A DNA stretch of 64,000 bases from positions 33,420,001-33,484,000 of the forward strand of contig CM052818.1 in assembly GCA_028534125.1 (NCBI GenBank). Reading direction: 5' to 3'. A model generated the notes under the pieces. It saw nothing but the letters and a program-made list of their open reading frames with translations. It made no database searches and was not told the DNA's origin. The translations under genes were made by a program, and so were the position numbers. The DNA is from Lama glama (taxonomy: Eukaryota). This document shows, piece by piece, positions 1 to 13,288 of this stretch (positions are counted from its first letter, which is position 1; each line of letters begins with the position of its first letter).

Positions 1-199
1 ACTTCCTGAATCTAAGGAATTACATTGATTAATTTTTGTATGCTAAATATATCCAATTCCTTTTTAAAGTGTTTTATTGTGAAATATAACAAGTATATAG
101 ACAAGGTCACAAAACAAAAATGTGTAACAACTAATAATCATAAAATTGACACCTGTGAAAGGAATGGAGCATATGTACAAAGCTAAGCTGACCAGCACT

Positions 200-549
200 C
201 TCCATTGCCCATAGCAACAATGTTCATGGATATGATGACCCAAATGAGGCTAATCAAGACTGACAAGTCTCAATTCTAAGACCTTTGTTCACGATGTCAG
301 ACTTCCTCTTCCTCTGGTGTTGTGATGTTGACCAATAGGCGATGTACAAAGGGCCTGAGAACAATACCAGCAAAGCAGAAGTAAGAGCAAAGTCCTGAGG
401 ACACTGTTTGATCCCCAAACCAGTCATGCCCCAATCTAGCTTTACCCCTGGTCTTTTCTGTTATGTGAACCAATAAATCCTCTTTCTACTTAAGCCAGTT
501 TGGTTACATTTTCTGTTATGTGAGTGCTACCAGGTTCTAACTGATACAA
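200..549 (+). mobile_element. MaLR LTR fragment (old MLT1-type)
   Basis: MLT1 3' signature caataaatcc..ttaagccagtttggtt..ttttctgtta..ctaactgataca. Confidence 0.65.
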
Positions 550-899
550 TTCATCACGTGATTTCCCTTCTTGAAGCATTCTCCATCTAAATTTTGTTTT
601 TATTTTTCTTTTCTACTTTATATCATAATTGTCTATAGCCAGATTTTCTCTGCTACTGAACTGTGAGCATGGAGCACAGTGGCTGACATGAGAGGTATTC
701 AATAAACATGTACTGAAGAAACTGTGATATCAATGAATCATTCATCTTTGTATTCCTAACACCTAGTACAAAAGCTTAAATATAGTAAAGACTCAATACA
801 TGCTTGCAGAAAGAATTAACTACCAAATAATCAGGTGGAAATAATACCACAAAAGAGCAGAGATCAGGATACACACAAATGCTATCTTAAAATAACCCT

Positions 900-1703
900 T
901 TCCAGAGGCTAGAATGATCCAAGTGGTAGTGGATTAGAGTTGGAGATATCAGTATAAAACCATGTTTCATTTAATGTAGATACAAAGGGTTAATATGTAA
1001 AATATTTATGGATATGTGTATTTCTTTCCTGTGTTAGCTGAGAGGACTCAAAAAAATGACACCCCAGTAGTAACAAGCACACTTAGCACTCAGATCTTGG
1101 TTTCTAATACACTTCTCCAATAAATAAAAAGAACTAGGGCTTCTTGGAGAAATGGCTGATTCTGAGACTAGAGCAGGAAATATATAAGATGGGCCTAAGC
1201 ATCCTGTGGTGGTATAAATTAAGAAAGTGCCCCAAAAAACAAGCTTATAATAATGGGGGTATGTCAAAGGGATATAGGAGCCAACTGAATAGCTTCCAAC
1301 GGCCAAAGCTGGAACAATTTCAGTAACAAAATAAACAAAGTAGTATCAGATCATAACCCAAAGTATAAAATAAATATCTACAAGTCCACACTGATGTAAA
1401 TAAGAGATGTGGAAGAACACACAAATCTTCTATGCAGAAGAATTCCAAATAATTTAAGTATTCTGTCCTTAAAGAGGTAGAGCATAACTCCCACTCCTTA
1501 AGTGTGGGATGCACACAGTAACTTCCTTCTAAAGAAGATAGTATGGAAAGGAGGAGAAAAGAGTAACTTTACAGTTGAGAAACCTGACAAACACTTTCCC
1601 AAGCCAAGTGATCAACGTTAATATCAACAGTGATAAGTCACTGATAGTGTGTACCCTAGATGTGATGTGATGAGAATGGCATTTGACCTCTGAGGCCTTC
1701 CTA
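900..1703 (+). mobile_element. Old L1 3' region (L1MC/L1MD-like)
   Basis: Motifs cagatcttggtttctaatac, gagcataactcccactccttaagtgtggg, gagaaacctgacaaacac typical of L1MC/MD 3' UTRs; runs into the gap. Confidence 0.75.
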
Positions 1704-2203
1704 NNNNNNNNNNNNNNNNNNNNNNNNNNNNNNNNNNNNNNNNNNNNNNNNNNNNNNNNNNNNNNNNNNNNNNNNNNNNNNNNNNNNNNNNNNNNNNNNN
1801 NNNNNNNNNNNNNNNNNNNNNNNNNNNNNNNNNNNNNNNNNNNNNNNNNNNNNNNNNNNNNNNNNNNNNNNNNNNNNNNNNNNNNNNNNNNNNNNNNNNN
1901 NNNNNNNNNNNNNNNNNNNNNNNNNNNNNNNNNNNNNNNNNNNNNNNNNNNNNNNNNNNNNNNNNNNNNNNNNNNNNNNNNNNNNNNNNNNNNNNNNNNN
2001 NNNNNNNNNNNNNNNNNNNNNNNNNNNNNNNNNNNNNNNNNNNNNNNNNNNNNNNNNNNNNNNNNNNNNNNNNNNNNNNNNNNNNNNNNNNNNNNNNNNN
2101 NNNNNNNNNNNNNNNNNNNNNNNNNNNNNNNNNNNNNNNNNNNNNNNNNNNNNNNNNNNNNNNNNNNNNNNNNNNNNNNNNNNNNNNNNNNNNNNNNNNN
2201 NNN
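1704..2203. other. Assembly gap (500 N)
   Basis: Run of exactly 500 N. Confidence 0.99.
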
Positions 2204-2344
2204 ATGTTATGATAAATCACAGAGAAAAAAATGTGACAATGAGTGTGTATATGTCCATGAATGACTGAAAAATTGTGCTGAACACTGGAATTTGACACAA
2301 CATTGTAAAATGATTATAAATCAATAAAAAATGTTAAAAAAAAA
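2204..2344 (+). mobile_element. Young lineage-specific L1 3' end with poly(A)
   Basis: tgactgaaaaattgtgctgaacactggaatttgacacaacattgtaaaatgattataaatcaataaaaaatgttaaaaa; similar to the L1 tail at 13289-13460. Confidence 0.75.
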
Positions 2345-4759
2345 TTTCTAGAATCCTCAATACTTTAGGGAAAAAAAATATCTTCAGACCATGAACATCT
2401 CACAAAAGCACGTCTAGATAAACCATAATTTTTTTAAAAAGGAAAACAAAATAAAACAAAACCTGCAGCAGTTCCTTAAAATCACAGCCTAAACCTATAA
2501 TGAATGATCTTTAGCTTTGTATTCTAAACCCCTCACAATTTTGCTTCAATCTGCTTCTGTAACTGTATTTTCTACTCTACCTATGCAAGCTCTACTCCAA
2601 GAAAACTGGTTTGCTCAATGCTTCCAACATGCCATTCTTGGTTTATGATGCTTCTCTGTATCTTTGTCTTCCTGACTACAGTGCCATCCCTTCAGTTCAC
2701 CTTCTAAATCCTAATCCTGCTTAAAGACCCAGCTAAAATCCTTCCTCCCCCCACAAAGCCTCAGATAATCATAAAGGTGCAATAATCACTTCATCAGAAC
2801 TCCTGTACCATTAATGTGGTACTTAGCATATTCATTAATTTATTTTTTAAAAAATAATGTGTAACTTGCTAAGTGCCTTACCACAAATAAGTGTTAGGGA
2901 AATTAAAGGTGAATAAGATATGGTCTCTGCCTTCAAGGTGCTCTAGGAATGGCAGAGAAGATTAAAATGGAAACAAACAACTACTGGACAAAACAGTAGA
3001 GCTACAGAGGTATGTAGGATGAGTTATGATAATACACTGCTGTATGCTACAATATTTTTCTTTTTATGTTTAGGTTCTGTTTCTCCAATTAAACCAAAGT
3101 CCTCTTGAAAGGAAGAGTTTTTCATCTCCACTCAATGCTGTGTATGTGTTAGCCGAAAATAGTTTGCATGTTGTTTCATTAAAACCTTAATTTCACCCTT
3201 ACTTTCTTAAGAGAAATGTGCGTAGAATCCCTATTCACAGAAATTAGACTTATAAATTATAAACTTTTTTAGTAAGTTATCACCATCATCTACTAGGTAT
3301 TAAGAATTCACAAATTATTCCCATTTCACTTAGTTAATAGCCCTAAGTGAAGCTCATTGTTTTCAATGAAAAACAAACTTAAAAATAAAGAAAAAGGACT
3401 GATTTGAGACACATCTATTTTCTTGAGGAGGCACTAACCATCAGGGACAGGTCAAAAGAATAGAAGCCAATTTTAAAAGATGCTTTAGATGAATTTGTAA
3501 GGAAAAACACTTACAATAGTAGGTAAAGTTAAGAAAAAATTACTGACAACTGTAGAGGACAAGTATGCACATGACAGAAAAATACTGGAGTAAATACACT
3601 AAAATATTAATAATATTCATTTCTAAATTGTATGGGATTAAGGATGTGCTTTTCTTAGTACTTAATCTGTGTTTTATATGCTGTTAATAATAAAAATACA
3701 TTATTATAATTTAAACATCCAACTCTTTGGGGAGAGTGCTGGAGGGGAAAAAAGGTGATAAAGAGAGGATGACAAAGAGAGATGACCGGCCAAAGACAAT
3801 GATGATCTTCGAAACTGATCATTAAGTAACTCTTCCAAATAAGCACATTTTTGAACTGAATACTTCACATGCAATTCAGTACCTCATTTGCCCAAAAGCA
3901 TTTTTACAAATTCAGTTGAGTAAACCAAAACTGGTAACATCTGCTAAATGTTATATTTGCCATTGGATTTCAAAAAATAACTTGATTTGCCTTTTTTTCA
4001 TTTGTCTTATGAGAGTAAACATTTTAAATGTACCTTGTTTGTACTTTCAAGATGTTCTGTTTTTCTACAACTGTGCTTTTCAAGTCTTGTTTATAACACA
4101 TGCCTTCAAAATTATGTGTGTATGCATATGTGTATATAGTAATACTCCTCTCCTTAACCCACAATTGGTTATAGTAGCAACACCTTTGGAAAAAATAAAT
4201 GAATTGATAAATTATCATCTTTAAACCAAAGGTCTTCCACTATCTCCCCTTAGGAGGTACATTTTACAAATAACAATATCAGCATTCTTCCTACTTCATA
4301 AAATGTTTCCATAGCTGATAAGTAAAAATAGGTAATAGTGAAAATACAGAGGTTTTAACTCATCAGCACATAAACCAATTTTGCATTGAAATTTCTGGTA
4401 ATTTTCTCATATTCACTTGGATCATGCTTGATACATACTTTGAATCCAAGCTGCATTTAGCTCAAGAGAACCAGAGATGCCATCTCTAAATAATGTTAAC
4501 CTTGTTTCCTTCTATCTTAGGAAAATCTTCAGGAACTTAAAATCTAGGTTTTCATAAAAAAGGAGGTATATCATCTTTTATATTTTATTAACTTGTATTA
4601 GTTAATGTTATTGAGTATTTTTATTAAATCAAATATTTTTACTCTTAATGATTTTTTTTCTTAATTCTGTATTCTTGCCAACAAAGTAAGTGGTATTTAT
4701 GGCCCACTAAAAGTTTATACTTTTGCTTTCAAAGTAAAGGGCAAAATTATATGTAGGAC

Positions 4760-5830
4760 AACTGATTGAGGCATCCAGACAGGATGGAGTAGCTTTGTAC
4801 AAACCAGCAATCTCAAAAAGAACAACTGGAAAGCCAGATATCGGAAGGTATTTGATGTCTGCTAGAGCAATGAGAACTGGAGAGGCTGAGAATTCAGAAA
4901 GGAGAGAACATGAGGGAGAGGTACCCCTGGGACATCTGAAAATTCTGGGCACAGGAGGAAGGCTGAGAATCCAGGCTTTGCACAGCACAAAGCTGCTGTT
5001 GGACTCAGAAGAATCATAAGAACAGAGTCCTGAGAGACTTCAAACATGCAGCTCAAGACATGTGATAAATTCCGGGGCAGCCCAAGGGCAAGAAGCTAAA
5101 AATTAAGCAACCACTTCTGAAAAGCAGAGCAGCAGTCTTACAAGAGAAAATTTAGAGTATGGGATCTGTCTGGGCAAAGATCCATGCTGTTTGGATGTTT
5201 GAATAATTTGATAAATAACACGGCAGCCTATTTTAAAATATTTTATTGGTCAAGGCACTTAGAAGGGTCAAGGAACACTGACCACTCCAGACTCCCAGTT
5301 GAAAACCCTGAAGAGCTCTACCTCAGAAACAGTAGTAAACCAGAGGTAGACAGACCCTTACCTAAGCCATCAACAAGCCTCAACCCAGCACAGTCTGTCT
5401 GGAGTCAGGTGATCAGTCAACACGTGTCTGCCTGTGAGAGGGGACAAAGACTCTCTCCAGAAGATGAGAGTATCATCTGGAGCCTCTATAGTCTTTTAAC
5501 CAGAATATTTAAAAATTCACTCAAAACAACTAGAAACATTCAGGACCACATGACTGAGAAGCAAAGAAAAAAAAAAGCAGGCAAAACAAATAGACCCTAA
5601 AATATTCCAGATATTGAAATTGGTTCATAAGGACTTGAAAATAAATACAATTAGTGTGTACAAGAAAATGGAGAAAACTATAGATGAAAAGATAAATTCA
5701 CCAAAGAACCTACAGAAAAGAACCAAAAAGAATTATAGAATTGAAGAATATATTACCTAAAATTAAGAACTCATTAGATGGATTTAATAACAAGTTAGTC
5801 ACAGCAGAAAACAATAAACTGGAAGATACA
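4760..5830 (+). mobile_element. Old L1 5'/ORF1 region, degenerate
   Basis: A-rich ORF1-type sequence (agatattgaaattgg..aaggacttgaaaataa; aattaagaactcattagatggatttaataacaagttagtcacagcagaa). Confidence 0.6.
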
Positions 5831-5842
5831 CTAAGCGTTACT

Positions 5843-6391
5843 TAGTAGTGCTGGTTATCATTCATTGCCTCTCATCTCCCAAATCTACTCTTCTTTGTCC
5901 TGTTTATGAGACTGGAGCTGGGCCCTGTAAACATTTTTCCTTTGGCAGCTGGTACAAGATTTAGCTTGTCAATAGAAAGTGATGGAGGGACAAGGTAAGG
6001 CAAAACATAAAGAGGAGCATCTTATCCTGGTTCTAGTGTACGTTTCATAGCTGCTCCTACGGTGCAGCTGCCGGAGGCATCCAGGGGACCCAGCAGCGCT
6101 CACCCTCCAGCCTGTTCAACTGGCACCCAGCCCATTTCTCCTCACCAGTCCTGGACGACCAGCACCCAGTAGGCTATGTACCAGTTCTGGCCTGCAGCAC
6201 CCCCAAGTGAAGGCCTCCATCATCCAGGGGGCTGCACCACACCCTCTGCAATAAGGAGGTCAGAGTCTCGGCCCCAGGGGAGACATGAGAGAACGGGTCT
6301 ACCCAGTTTGTTCCTTTTTGGGTATTCTCCCTCCACTTTACTCAAGTTATTGATATGGTTTCTGTCTCCTGGCTGAACTCCGACTAATACA
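5843..6391 (-). mobile_element. ERVL-type solo LTR (LTR33/LTR41-like)
   Basis: ggagctgggccctgtaaacatttttcctttggcagctgg and terminus tggtttctgtctcctggctgaactccgactaataca; GC-richer than flanks. Confidence 0.6.
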
Positions 6392-6544
6392 CTGGTTCAC
6401 TTTAAGTGCACCTGGTTTGTATTTGTGCTTTCAAGATGTTCTGTTTTTATACAACTGTGTTTTTAAAGACTTGTTTATAACATGTCTTCAAAATTATATG
6501 TGTGTATGTGTATGTGTGTATATTAACAGTCCTCTCCTTAATTC

Positions 6545-7070
6545 TCTATACCATGTGAGCCAGCGTGTCCACCCTTCGGTACATACCCATCAGAAACGCA
6601 CACATATATTTACCAAGACATGTAGAATATTCATAGTAGCACTATTCACAACAGCAAAAAAATAAAAATAATCCGAACGCTAATCAGTAATAGAACTGAT
6701 AAAGGAAATGAGGTATGCTCACACAGTGGAACACCATGAGCAATGGGCATACAACAACAACAACTGCATGGGTGAAGTTCCCAAACAAATCAGACTCACA
6801 AGTACATGCTGTTTGATTCCAATTGTAGAAAGATCAAAAAGAGGCAAAATTAATGATGATGATTTTAGTCAGCATAGTGTTTACTCTTGCGCAAGGTGGT
6901 CACAGTGATGGGAGGGGGCATGAGTGGGGCTTCTGGAAGCTGATGTGTTCTGTTTCTTGATCAAGGTGCCAGTTACATGATGTGTTTACTTTTTGGCAAT
7001 TTGCCATGCTATATACTTATGATTTGTACTCTTCAGTAGGAGTGTTATTCTTCAAGTTACATAAAAATGT
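6545..7070 (+). mobile_element. Old L1 3' end (L1ME-like)
   Basis: aagacatgtagaatattcatagtagcactattcacaacagc...tgttctgtttcttgatc..ggtgccagttacatg. Confidence 0.7.
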
Positions 7071-8079
7071 ATTATTATTTATAAACAACCAAATAATATG
7101 CTTCTAAGTCCCTGATACTTAGTGTCCCTGTGTCTGGTAAAGTGCTCCTCCTATATGTCCCCGCAGCACCCTGTGCACACACCTCTATGCCTGCTCATAT
7201 CACCCGAGGCTGCGATTCTCTTCACTTATCTGTCCCGAGCATTATGTCCAGCTTGAGGGTAAAAGATGAGTTTTATAGGTCTCAAATGAGGCATTCAATA
7301 GCTATCTGAAAAATGCAGAGCGCTCTCTTGTAGAATACGTTATGGGCTGGGGCAAGGGAGGTGTCTAGGAGCAGGAACACCAACATCAGGGCAGCATTTT
7401 TCAGCAGTGGGTCATGCAGTCCGTCTTAGCTTAGTGGTTTCTTTACATATATTTTGAATATATTTTATGTACACAGGGGATGGACACTATTTTGCACAGA
7501 CGCATTTCAAAGATGTCTTTCTTTGGGGAGAACAGAGAAGAACAGGAGAGGAGAAGGGACAAGGAGGTAATACAACATTTCCTTCCACACTTACATTCCA
7601 GGTGGGCAGAATGGGCAGTGAAGGAATTATACAACTGGTGGGTGGTACCAGCAGCAGCATTATGTTCCCTATTCTGAAGATGCTGGTCCCGAGCACAACA
7701 TCGTCGTCACCTTCTTCAAACTAGGAAGTCAGATATCAGTGGTTTCCAACCCTGCTATAATTGCAACATGTTCTCATTTAAACGTGTGATCCACCCTTCC
7801 TCCTTTATGCAATTTTATTTTAAATTAAAGGGAATTATCACTATTACTTTGAGGGGAAAGAATTTCACAATAACCTTTGAGGTAGCTGAACAGACCACAG
7901 GGTGTTGCAAACCCAAGGCTGAAAAAAATCACTGCTTCAGAGTTTCTGTTAACTGATTTTTTACCCCAGATTTCTCTAAAACTGAATCTTTTCTTCTGTT
8001 ATGAAATTTTTATTTAAAACATTTTCTAATCTTGGAAACCAGCAAGTCTCTTAAGGAATGCAGAACCTTAAAGGCAAAC

Positions 8080-8660
8080 TATTCACCTAACAGATACACA
8101 CGGCACACCCCCATGCACCAGGCACTCTTCTAGATACTAGGATACAGTAGTGAACAAAACAAATCCCACTCTCTCCAGAAGCTTCCAGTCCAGTGAATAA
8201 ACAAAGGTGACCATGTATCCCAGTTTGCCTGGGACTGTCCCATCTTAGTAGTGAACATACTAAATCCCAGAAAACCTTCACCCCCTGGGCAAACAAGGGC
8301 AGTTGGTAACCTTAGCAGAAACAGATACCTAATAAGGAGCTCAAGTTTTAACAAATGCTGATAAAGTGCAATGAAGAAAATAAAGCAGGATAAAGATGAG
8401 AGAAGAAGGGTATTACTACTATTTTGCACATGGAAAGCAGTAACAGCTTTCCTAACGTAACGACATTAGAAGGTAGGAGAGCAAGCCACTCAGATAACTG
8501 AGGAAAGAAAGTTCCATGCAGAAGGGAATGAAAATGGTGAATAGCAAATAAAGCAGTTCTAAGGAGGTCCTTAGAATTTTTGAAGAATAGCAAGGAGGCC
8601 TGTGTGGCTGGAGAAGAATGAGCAAGGTGTAGGATGGAAGGAGACAAGATCAGAGAAGCA
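8080..8660 (-). mobile_element. L2 fragment interrupted by a hAT MITE
   Basis: Antisense L2 motifs catgcaccaggcactcttctagatactaggatacagtagtgaacaaaac and gaagaatagcaaggaggcctgtgtggctggag. Confidence 0.7.
8204..8314. mobile_element. hAT-Blackjack MITE (MER81/MER94-like)
   Basis: Terminal inverted repeats aaggtgacca / tggtaacctt, internal tcccagtttgcctgggactgtccc. Confidence 0.7.
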
Positions 8661-9904
8661 ATTACAGCAGCTATAGCAGCCCCATCACTTAGAGTTCAGC
8701 ACAAGCTCCAACTTCTTTCTGATGATTTTAATCCTACAATTCCAACTCATCATAATTTTCCTTTCTCATTTTAATGGAGCCTCTGTCTTAACTAATTGAT
8801 CATCCTCTCTTCTTACGTTACATACTGTATGTGAAAACACTATGCAATTATCCCACAGCACTTCTTTGTATCAATTATTCCAACACTGAATTATATACCA
8901 CCTGTGGCCACTGTTTTCATGTATCTACATCTCCCTAAAAGTTAGCCTCCTTGAGTTCAAGTCCCATATAACACAGTGTTGGACACACAGTATGTAATCA
9001 GTCAATACTGACAGGATTTTCCTCAATTCGTCTTTTGTTGATTTTTATGCTTTTTCATTAGTAAAAGAGGGCATCAATAAGTCAGCATCTTAGTTATAAC
9101 ATGACACATGAAACAGTATGGCAAACACATAAGACAGAATACAATAAAAGCAAACCCACCAACAAATTAACTTATGCTGCAGGGACAGCTCTTTAATCAG
9201 CAAATGCTTAGGACTTGAGGTTCAGGATGAAAGTGCAAACAGGAAAAAGCTCTACAAATGACCACTCGAATCAAGAATCAACTCTTCTTAAGTGTCCCTG
9301 AAAAATACTTCTATGTACAGATTAACTAGAAAATTATCACATTACTGTCGTATATAAAACTTTTCATCACCAGCCCCAAACCATTAATTGCTCCCTCTGC
9401 CATGTACTATGTTGAATTCACATGATCTTCTCACATTGTCTATTAAATAAAGTGGTGTCTCCCATACTAAACAGGGAACACATCTGGAGTAGAGTTCAGG
9501 CTTTACATCCATTGCTTAGAACTTAGGGCGTAACTTTCAGTTCCTTTGACTTCATGGTTTGGTGAATACATTATCAGCATATATAAAGTAGAACAATGAA
9601 GCAAATTTTTAACAAATCTACAATTTATGAGTCTTGATCTTAAAAATAGCTTCTGGAAAAACTATAATCTTTTTGCAATACTGCTTCCATTTCTACTTTA
9701 AGAAACACTTTAGGTTCAGTTTATGAGATCAAAGAAGAAGCAAGCAATGTCACTATTTTATAATCACATCTCAATATCAAAATATGTAATCATCCAGCTT
9801 CCACAATGAACGGATTTACCTCAAGAAAGCAGAAAGAGATAAAGAATATAAGTCTGTAGAGAGATTTTTGCTCAGTAGAAAAACTTTATATTAAAAGTTA
9901 GAGC

Positions 9905-11735
9905 TGTAAGGTTGCAGGATACAAGATCAACACACAAAAATCAACTGTTTCTGTACAGCAACAACATGAAACCAAAAATGAAATTAAAAACAAGTCTATT
10001 TACAGAAAGAATAAAGTACTTAGGAATACATTTAACAAAATAAGTGTAAAACTTGTACTCTGAAAATTATAACACATCGTTGAAAGATATTAAAGACTTA
10101 AAAATGGAAAGGCACTTCATGTCCCTGGATTAGAAGACTTAATATTGTTAAGATGGCAGTAATCTCTAGCTGGATATACAGATTAAATGCAATCTCTATC
10201 AAAATCCCAGCTGGATTCTTTACAGAATTGACAAGCTGATTCTAAAATTAATATGGAAGCGAGAGACTCAATAGTTAAAGCAATCTTGGAGAAGAAAAAC
10301 AAAGTCTGAAAACTCACACTTCCCAATTTCAAAACTTATTACAAGGTCACAACAAACAAGACAGTGTGGTACTGGTATAAGTTTAAAATATAGATGAACA
10401 TAATAGAATAAGAATCCAGAAATATACCCACACATTTATAGTCAAATGAGTTTCAGAATGCCAAGAATGCCAAAACAATTCATAAGAAAAAAATAGTCTT
10501 TCCAATACACTGTGCTGGGCCATCTAAACCTCTACTTATGAAATAATAAAGGAAGGCCCCTATCTCACACCATATACAAAAAATAATTCAAAATGGATCC
10601 AAGACCTATATGTAAGAGCAAAAATTATAAAACTCTCCAAGGAAAACATGAGTAAATCCTCGTCAACTTGGCCTAGGCAATGGTTTCTTAGATATGAAAC
10701 CAGAAGCACCAGCAGCAAAAGAAAAAACAGACAAGTGGGACTTCATAAGAATTTTAAATTTTTGTCCTTCAAACAATATTATCTAGAAGGTGAAAAGATA
10801 ATCCACAGAATGGGAGAAAATTTCATAAGTCATATATCTGATAAGGACTTGTATCCAGAATATATAAAGAACTCTTATACCTCAATGATAAAAAAGACAA
10901 ATAACCTAATTTTAAAATGGGCAAAGGATTTGGACAGATATTTCTCTAAAGAAGATAAATAAATGGCCAATTAACACAAAAAGATGCAAAACATCATTAG
11001 CCCTCAGGGAAATGCCAACCAAAAACCACAATGAGATAATCACTTCATAACAACTAGGTTGGATATAATCATAAAGACAGATAACAAGAAGTGTTGGTGA
11101 GAATGTGAAGAAACTGGAACACTTTACACCACTGATGGGGATGTAAAAGAGAACATCCCCTAAGAAAAAACAGTCTGGGAGTTCCTCAAAGAGTTAAACA
11201 TAGTATTACCATTTGACCCTGTAATTCCACTCTTAGGGATATATCCAAGAGAAATAGAAATACTTCCATACAACAGTAGTATTTATAATATCCAAAATGT
11301 GGAAATAACCCAAATGTCCATCAACTGACAATGTATAAATAAAATGTGATAAATGTACATAACGGAATATTATTTGGTAATAAAAAATGAGGTAGTGATA
11401 CATGTTACACTGAAAACAGTATGCTAAGTGAAAGAAGACAGTCACAAAGGGCCATATAGTGTATGATTCCATTTATGTGAAATATCCGGAAGAGGTAAAT
11501 CTATAGAGAGAACGTAGATTAGTTAGTTATTGCCTAGAGTGAACAAGGGTGGGGGTGGGGAGGATAAGAAATTGACTGCTAATGGGTTTGCAGTTTCTTT
11601 TAGGGTAAATTTTTTACTGTGATGATAGTTGCACAACTCTGAATATACTAAATACCACTGAATTATACACTATTTTAAATGGGTGAATTGTATGACATAT
11701 AAATTATGTCTCAATAAAGCTGTTTTTTTTTAAAA
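9905..11735 (+). mobile_element. L1 (L1MB-like) ORF2 3' part plus 3' UTR, degenerate
   Basis: ORF2 remnants (e.g. PEYIKNS..KKTNNLILKWAKDLDRYFSKED in the 10648 ORF) and 3' end tgaattgtatgacatataaattatgtctcaataaagctg. Confidence 0.9.
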
Positions 11736-11841
11736 AATCAGAGCTGGCCCCAAAATGGAAAATGATACCTCACTGGAAATAATGTTAAGCAAAGGCAAAT
11801 AGCCTTCTATTGGAGATAATACTGTAAAAGATGGATTCAAT

Positions 11842-12016
11842 CAGTGGTTCCCAATAGCAGTTTATGGACTAATACATAAAAATCATCCAGGGAGTTTCAT
11901 GACTTTTTGGCTCCCTAAAGCATCTAATTCAGTATGTCCAGTGGGGTCCAAACATCTGTATTTTTAATAGGCTTCCTAAATTATTCCAATGTATAGCCAG
12001 AAGTGGGAACAACTGA
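11842..12016. mobile_element. MER5-type hAT-Charlie MITE
   Basis: Inverted termini cagtggttccca / tgggaacaactg; internal atctgtatttttaataggcttcc. Confidence 0.7.
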
Positions 12017-13288
12017 CCCACTAAGATCCTAACTCAATAATTTTATGATTCTCTAGTATCTATGAGATCTAGATCTGGTATCTATCTAGCATTGTCCATT
12101 CATCTGAGAATCTCAAAATTCTTAATGGAATTCACCTTCCTGAATGAAGAGTTTGAGTTTAGAAAGAAGGAGCTTCATCTGATGGATCAGAACACCTCAT
12201 ATATTTTTATTAACCTTATGTGTATCCTTTATTTAAGCTACTCCAAATCATTTCTTGGAACAAAATAAATTTAAATAAATTAAACAATTATAACTCAATA
12301 ATTAATTAATCAATTAATTTTTTAAAATAAATTAAACAACTAAAAGATCACATATAGTATCTAAAACTATTATTTCTCAAACTAAGATATAATGGAAAGC
12401 CCATCTTTTTCTTCAAATATTTATAGTTTAATAGGCTTTTATAGAAAACATAGATATACTGTATAATCAAATACAAAACTTTCATGAATTTTTAAGATAA
12501 AACCAGAAACTTCAAGGAAATTCCATACTTGCCACAGGAACTACTTTGGACTACACTTGTAGATTCTAAGGGTACATATTCATTCCCTTCCCCAGCTAGT
12601 ACTTCAGTGGAAAAATCCAAGAAGTCTAGGCATTCTGTTTTCCACTCCATGGGTGATAAAATATGTAATCCCCTTCATTCAGAACAGTATATAGACTAAT
12701 CAGGTTATTAGTGACTATGCTGTGTGTACTTCAAGAAGGAAGGGAAAAATCTGAACTAAATCTATGAACTAAATCATAACCTGTTAACAGTTGAATAGAG
12801 TCCTTCAGAGGCAAACTGTGCTCAGAGAAATGTCTGATGACGATCAGGTCTTGCAGTTCACCCTGTCCTAGTGTTTTAGCCAGATGACAACGAACATCGA
12901 GGGTTCCCTCCAGGCTATGCAGACCTCATCCAGCTAGTGGAGGCTGTACCCTGGTTGCTTATCTAGGCTTGCTCAGCCCACTGGTCCATGAAGAAGCACT
13001 GGGTAGCCTGCCTGAGGTCTTAGATCAACTATAGCTAAAGGGAAGGTGTTCCTCTATATTTATAATCTCTCTTTTAGATATGGTGCTTTGGTATTTTGGC
13101 TGCTCTTTTTCAGCTAATTTCTCAGAAACATTTGTGATAACTTCACTCAGGGACTAAATATCAGAAGAGTTATAATATCAACTCTAACACAATTATATAA
13201 ATCTAGGTCAATTTCCTCAATACTAAAACAGAAAAGTAGAATCAGATGAACCATAAGGTCTTTTCTAGCTTTTAAAGTGTATGCTCTC

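Noticed and set aside
1624..2298. Long ORFs spanning both N gaps (also 29130-29802)
   Set aside because: Artefacts of translating N as X.
10648..10962. ORFs with L1 ORF2 similarity (also 18129, 43258, 60021)
   Set aside because: Frameshifted fragments of dead L1 copies; no intact ORF2.
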